From contig JAXLWC010000001.1 in NCBI GenBank assembly GCA_046328675.1, forward strand, positions 1-64,000: 64,000 nt of DNA. Direction: 5' to 3'. The translations under genes and the position numbers were made by a program. This DNA comes from Anaerolineae bacterium (lineage in GTDB: Bacteria > Chloroflexota > Anaerolineae > Aggregatilineales > Phototrophicaceae). Position 1 is the stretch's first letter, and each line of letters opens with the position of its first letter. Below are positions 60,075-64,000 of the stretch, in pieces. The notes below the pieces were generated by a model. The model was given only the letters and a program-made list of their open reading frames with translations, had not been told where the DNA came from and ran no database searches.

Positions 60075-60889
60075 CTACGGACGCTCACCGCTGCGCAGGC
60101 GGCTTTCAATCGCGTCCAGCACAGGCGGCAGGTGCGCAATCGTCAGGATGACGTAGTGTGCGCCCGCCGCGCGCAGACGCCGTTCAATCGACAGCAGGCG
60201 GCTTGCCAGTTCTGCGGCGGGTAAGCTGGCGGCCTGGGCTGCTGTCAGGCCCAGTTCATTGCCCGATTGGCTGACGGCAACTGTCCAGGCCCCGCGCTTA
60301 AGCCTTCTTCGATGTCAGGCATGGTGTCGCCGACCTTCACTACAGCCGCCATCGGGTAAACGTTGAGCCGCATTGCGTTCTGATACATCATAAACGGCGC
60401 GGGGCGTCCGGCGGGGACGTGCGAGGGGCAGATCACCGAGTCCGGCTGTAGCCTTGCGCCGCCGCTGCGGGCAGCAGGACATCCATAATCGCCTGGCTGT
60501 AACCTGTCGAGGAGCCGATCTTTAACCCACGCTTGCGGCAGTCGTCGATAGTCGATAGCGTGCCCGGCACCAGTGCTGCGTAGTCTGTGACAACGGCCTG
60601 CTGCACATGGACGGATTTGCGATACATCTGGTCGATGGCAATCTCGTCGGAGGGCTGCTGATGGACTTCGACCCATGCTGCCGCAACCTCCGCCATGTCG
60701 CTGATCGCGCGAATATGGTCGCGTTTTCCAGTCCCATCGGTGCGCGTGCCTGAGCCACGCTGATATTTACCCCATCTGCGCGAAAACTTCTATGAACACC
60801 GCCACAGGTGCGAAACAGCCGTAATCGACGGTGGTGCCTGCCCAATCAAAGATCACCGCCTGTAGAGAACCAGTGTAGGGTCTGCGCAT
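60075..60889 (-). pseudogene. phnX: Phosphonoacetaldehyde hydrolase (phosphonatase) PhnX, a HAD family protein spread over at least 4 reading frames
   Basis: N-terminus [36 protein letters not shown] (HAD motif I). Then [17 protein letters not shown]. Then IDQMYRKSV...[38 protein letters not shown]. Then [48 protein letters not shown]. Then ...[21 protein letters not shown]...GAHYVILTIAHLP..., each in a different frame, collinear with PhnX. TGATG stop/start overlap with the acetyltransferase gene. Confidence 0.75.
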
Positions 60890-61549
60890 CAGCCGTATTT
60901 CTCCACAAAAGCTTCGACGTTGTACAAATCGTCGAAGCGCGCCTCCAGCGTCGGGCGATCCCAGTCCCACCACGCGATTTTGAGCAGCTTTTCGACCACG
61001 TTGTCAGAAAAGCGCTGGCGAATGGGCTTCGCGGGAACCCCGGCAGCGATCATGTACGGCGCGACATCCTTGGTCACGACGGCGGCAGAACCAATCACCG
61101 CGCCCGTTCCAATCTTCACGCCCGGCATGACGATGACGTTGTGCCCCAGCCACGTATCATGCCCGACTTCACAGGAATGTGAACGCCGCCACTCGAAGAA
61201 CTCGGCGTCATCTTCGCCCAGCCCGTACATTTTGCGGCGGTAGGTGATGTGATGCAGCGTCACGCGTTCCATCAGGTGATTGCCGGGATTGATACGCACA
61301 TGTGAGGCGATGTTGCTGAACTTGCCGATTTTGCTGTAGATAATCTGGTTGTCACCCACGATGTAGCTGTAATCATCCAGCGTCGAAATTCCACCAGCGA
61401 ACAATGGGGCCGATTTCCGTCCATGACCCGATGTAGCTGTCCTTGATAAACACGCCCGCATGGAAAACCGGTTTTTCGCCTAAGGGCTGTGTGGCCATCG
61501 TGACCGTGTGGTTTTCCCCAAAATAACTGTCGAAGTAGTGAAGTGTCAT
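60889..61549 (-). pseudogene. Hexapeptide-repeat (left-handed beta-helix) acetyltransferase of the xenobiotic acetyltransferase type (Vat/CatB-like), with one frameshift between about 61375 and 61461
   Basis: The ATG at 61549 overlaps the phnM stop (ATGA) and encodes MTLHYFDSYFGENHTV...KDSYIGSWTEIGP, then stop. Homology resumes in the ORF 60889..61461 frame: DDYSYIVGDNQIIYSKIGKFSNIASHV...HDTWLGHNVIVMPGVKIGTGAVIGSAAVVTKDVAPYMIAAGVPAKPI...IAWWDWD. Confidence 0.6.
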
Positions 61550-62736
61550 TCCGCCACCTGTGCTGTAAACTGTGAAAGTCGTGCCATATGGGCGTCCCAG
61601 TATATGGGATGCCCCTGCCGCAGCACAGCACGAATGCGCGGATAGTCCGGGGCTTCTTCCACCAGCACAAGATCAGCGTTCAGGCCGACTTCGATGCGTC
61701 CGCGATCATGCAGGCCAACAGCCGTCGCCGGATTCTGTGACACGAGCTTGATACTTTCATACAGGGGCATGATGCCCAACTCAGCGATCTTGTAGGCGGC
61801 TTGCAGCATCGACGCGGGGTAATAGTCGGTGGCCAGAATATCGACCAGGCCTTCCTTGATGGCCGTTAACGCGCTGAGGTTGCCGCTGTTGGATTCGCCA
61901 CGATAGGCGTTGGGCGCTCCCATGATGATGTGCAGATTATGCTCGCGGGCATAATGCAGGGCTTCCATGCGCACAGGGAATTCGCTGATGGTTACGCCTA
62001 TCTGCCGCATATGATCGATTTTGTCAGGGGTATCATCGTCGTGCGAGGCAATCGGGATGCCATATTCGCGCGCGACACGGCAGATGTCCGCCGCCAGATG
62101 CCAGTCACGCGGGGCAACAGCCGTCTCCTGAATACGCGCTTTCATGCGTTCCTTCGCGCCGTTTTCCAGCATCTCACGGGGAATATCCAGCCATTTGACC
62201 ATGAACTCGATATAACGGCTGGCATCGGCGTATTGTCCCTGTCCCGGCGTATGATCCATCAGCGACACCAGATCAACGGCTTTATCATGCAGCAGGTCTT
62301 CCAGAATGATAGAGGTGTCGGGGTTGTTGATCTCAAAGCGTGCGTGAACGCGAAAGTCTACCATCAGGTGATCGCGCAGGCGTTTGATGGTGCGGATGAT
62401 TTCGGTTGCTTTGGCCTGCGTGCGGATGTCCTTCTGATGCCAGGCAAAGGCGACAGCAGCAAAAGCGGTGGTAATGCCTGTCCCCGCCAGCCGCTTGTCC
62501 AGTTCGTACAGCGCCACTTCTACCGGGAAAAAGGCGTTGGGGCGCGGTTCGATGTCGCGTTCCAGCATATCGCCGTGCAGGTCAATCGCGCCGGGCAGCA
62601 GCGTCAAGCCGCCAGCACTCAGCCCGCGTCTTGCGCCGCCCTCCACGATTTCCGCGATGATACCCTCCTCGATATTGACGGCGCCGCGTTCGATGACTCC
62701 TTCCGGCGTCACAATTTTTAAGTCAGTCAGCCACAT
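61546..62736 (-). CDS. phnM: C-P lyase pathway amidohydrolase PhnM (alpha-D-ribose-1-methylphosphonate-5-triphosphate diphosphatase)
   Basis: Homology including LLPGAIDLHGD and LVSLMDHTPGQGQYA. Start set at M28 of the listed ORF (MWLTDLKIVTPEG...), with GAGGAG 7 nt upstream. Confidence 0.85.
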   Translation of the reverse strand: MWLTDLKIVTPEGVIERGAVNIEEGIIAEIVEGGARRGLSAGGLTLLPGAIDLHGDMLERDIEPRPNAFFPVEVALYELDKRLAGTGITTAFAAVAFAWHQKDIRTQAKATEIIRTIKRLRDHLMVDFRVHARFEINNPDTSIILEDLLHDKAVDLVSLMDHTPGQGQYADASRYIEFMVKWLDIPREMLENGAKERMKARIQETAVAPRDWHLAADICRVAREYGIPIASHDDDTPDKIDHMRQIGVTISEFPVRMEALHYAREHNLHIIMGAPNAYRGESNSGNLSALTAIKEGLVDILATDYYPASMLQAAYKIAELGIMPLYESIKLVSQNPATAVGLHDRGRIEVGLNADLVLVEEAPDYPRIRAVLRQGHPIYWDAHMARLSQFTAQVAE

Positions 62737-63427
62737 GTTGAAGCTCCTCATGGCTTGGGGATAAGTGAATGTCAAGGTCGATGAGTTCCTGAATATCCTC
62801 AGGATGATGGAAAACACCGATCATAGCGACGCCCAGCGCTTTGAGTTCGGTGAGACGCGCTTTCAGCGATTGGCGTGTAGAGGCGTCCAACGAAGCGGTG
62901 GGTTCGTCCAGCAGCAGCAGGCGGCGTGGGGCGATGAGCGCGCGCGCCAGGTTGACCTTCTGCTGTTCGCCGCCGGAGAACGTCGTAGGATAGGCTGACC
63001 ACAGTTCCGTCTTTAAGCCAAAGGAACGCAGCATCTGGCGCGCCTGCTCGACAGCGGCTTCCCATTCCACCTCGGTATCTACCAGCGGCTCCGCGACCAG
63101 TTCCAGCGCCGTGACGCGCGGGCGTGGCCGCAGAAACTGCGTGACAAAGCCCAGTTCGCGGCGCAGCAGCGAGATGTCCACGTCTGCCGCACGCACCAAA
63201 TCGATACGCCCGTGCAGCGATTCAAACCAGGCACTGCCGCCCGTCGGCACATAGGTACGGTACAGGCTGCGCAGCAGGGAAGACTTGCCAACGCCGTTCA
63301 CGCCGCCGATCAGCATAAACTGCCCGGCTTCCAGCGTAAATGAAAGATCAGCGAACACATCAATCGCGCGCTGGAGATGATCGATGTAAAAACGTTTACT
63401 CAGATGATCGACTTGAAGTAGGGGCAT
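62723..63427 (-). CDS. phnL: C-P lyase system ATP-binding protein PhnL
   Basis: ABC-type ATPase: Walker A GVNGVGKSS, signature FSGGEQQK, Walker B LLLLDEPTASLD. Typical PhnL length of 234 aa and position between phnK and phnM. Confidence 0.85.
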   Translation of the reverse strand: MPLLQVDHLSKRFYIDHLQRAIDVFADLSFTLEAGQFMLIGGVNGVGKSSLLRSLYRTYVPTGGSAWFESLHGRIDLVRAADVDISLLRRELGFVTQFLRPRPRVTALELVAEPLVDTEVEWEAAVEQARQMLRSFGLKTELWSAYPTTFSGGEQQKVNLARALIAPRRLLLLDEPTASLDASTRQSLKARLTELKALGVAMIGVFHHPEDIQELIDLDIHLSPSHEELQHVAD

Positions 63428-63436
63428 GGCTGTTCT

Positions 63437-64000
63437 CTATAATTTGGCGTGAACAAGCTGTTGAGTGTAGGCATTTTGCGGGTCTTCCAGAATCTGGTCG
63501 GTCAGCCCGTGTTCAACCACGCGCCCATGGCGCATCACCAGCACACGATCCGCCAGCGTGCGAATCACGCCGAGGTCATGCGATACGAGGACGATGGTCA
63601 TCCGCCGTTCGCGCCGCAGCCGTTTGAGCGTGTCGAGGACAAGCGCCTGCACCGAGACATCCAGCCCGGTAGTCGGCTCATCCAGCAGCAGCAAGGCGGG
63701 CTTGAGCGCCAGCGCCTTCGCCAGTTGCACACGCTGCTGCATTCCACCGGACAGCACACGCGGCGCATCGTCCATGCGGTCAAGCGGGAACTCGGAGATG
63801 GAGAGCGACTCGCGGGCGGCTTGACGCAGCGTGGCAAAGGTACGCTCACCCGTCAGCAGCAGGCGTTCCGCGACGTTGCCGCTGCTGGTAAAGCGCATCC
63901 GCAGCCCCAGGTGGGGATTCTGGTAAACCACGCCGATGTTCATCATCTGCACACTGCGCCGCGCGAAACGATCCAGCGTGAATAAGTCCACGCCGGAAAG
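63437..64000 (-). CDS. phnK: C-P lyase system ATP-binding protein PhnK; only the 3' part is present and the gene continues beyond the right edge
   Basis: C-terminal ABC domain with LSGGMQQRVQLAKALA, LLLLDEPTTGLD, and a TOBE-less tail ending ...YTQQLVHAKL. The ORF is open to the end of the window. Confidence 0.85.
   Translation of the reverse strand, partial: LSGVDLFTLDRFARRSVQMMNIGVVYQNPHLGLRMRFTSSGNVAERLLLTGERTFATLRQAARESLSISEFPLDRMDDAPRVLSGGMQQRVQLAKALALKPALLLLDEPTTGLDVSVQALVLDTLKRLRRERRMTIVLVSHDLGVIRTLADRVLVMRHGRVVEHGLTDQILEDPQNAYTQQLVHAKL

Noticed and set aside
60890-60973. N-terminal extension of the first phnX fragment ([11 protein letters not shown]...)
   Set aside because: The conserved PhnX N-terminus begins at the internal Met ([20 protein letters not shown]). 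That start forms a TGATG overlap with the upstream stop, so the extension is read-through of the open frame.

Overview
This window is a gene-dense stretch of a high-GC (about 58-60%) bacterial chromosome, dominated by transport and catabolism genes. No rRNA or tRNA genes, CRISPR array or intact mobile element was found.

Gene order, left to right:
1. A peptide-type ABC importer (two permeases, two ATPases). The second ATPase is in frame with hydantoinase/oxoprolinase subunit A (hyuA). Subunit B (hyuB) follows, and its 3' end is fused to an IS3-OrfA-like helix-turn-helix/leucine-zipper fragment.
2. A flotillin gene interrupted by a 1-nt frameshift.
3. A sugar locus: ROK kinase, 6-phosphofructokinase, a DeoR regulator, a sugar ABC transporter, a PfkB kinase and a LacD/YihT-like class I aldolase.
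4. A CoxG-like SRPBCC protein next to two U32 'peptidase' family proteins, an arrangement like UbiU/UbiV.
5. Ribokinase, an orphan HpnH-like radical-SAM enzyme, a frameshifted GH2 glycosidase and an MFS transporter. This 6.4-kb segment is bracketed by four copies of a short direct-repeat element in opposite orientations.
6. A 17-kb two-operon divergon under an IclR regulator: amidohydrolase-2, MBL-fold hydrolase, VOC, a divergent ICL/PEP-mutase family protein, Gfo/Idh/MocA, a CUT1-type sugar ABC transporter, SDR, PhyH dioxygenase, M24 peptidase, HpcH aldolase, Ldh_2 dehydrogenase, a TIM-barrel isomerase, Zn-ADH and a BKACE enzyme.
7. A lower-GC signal-transduction cluster around kaiB-kaiC: a multi-PAS histidine kinase, a double-REC regulator, kaiB, kaiC, a PAS protein, a PAS histidine kinase and a REC-HK hybrid. 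KaiC is very close to cyanobacterial KaiC, but the central ~6 kb is riddled with frameshifts.
8. A phosphonate locus on the minus strand: phnK (partial), phnL, phnM, a hexapeptide-repeat acetyltransferase, phosphonatase phnX (at least four frameshifts) and an FAD oxidase.

Several structured intergenic repeat families were seen directly in the sequence. Frameshifts cluster in a few places (flotillin, GH2, the kai region, phnX and the acetyltransferase). These could be real pseudogenes or indel sequencing errors, and the sequence alone cannot distinguish them.
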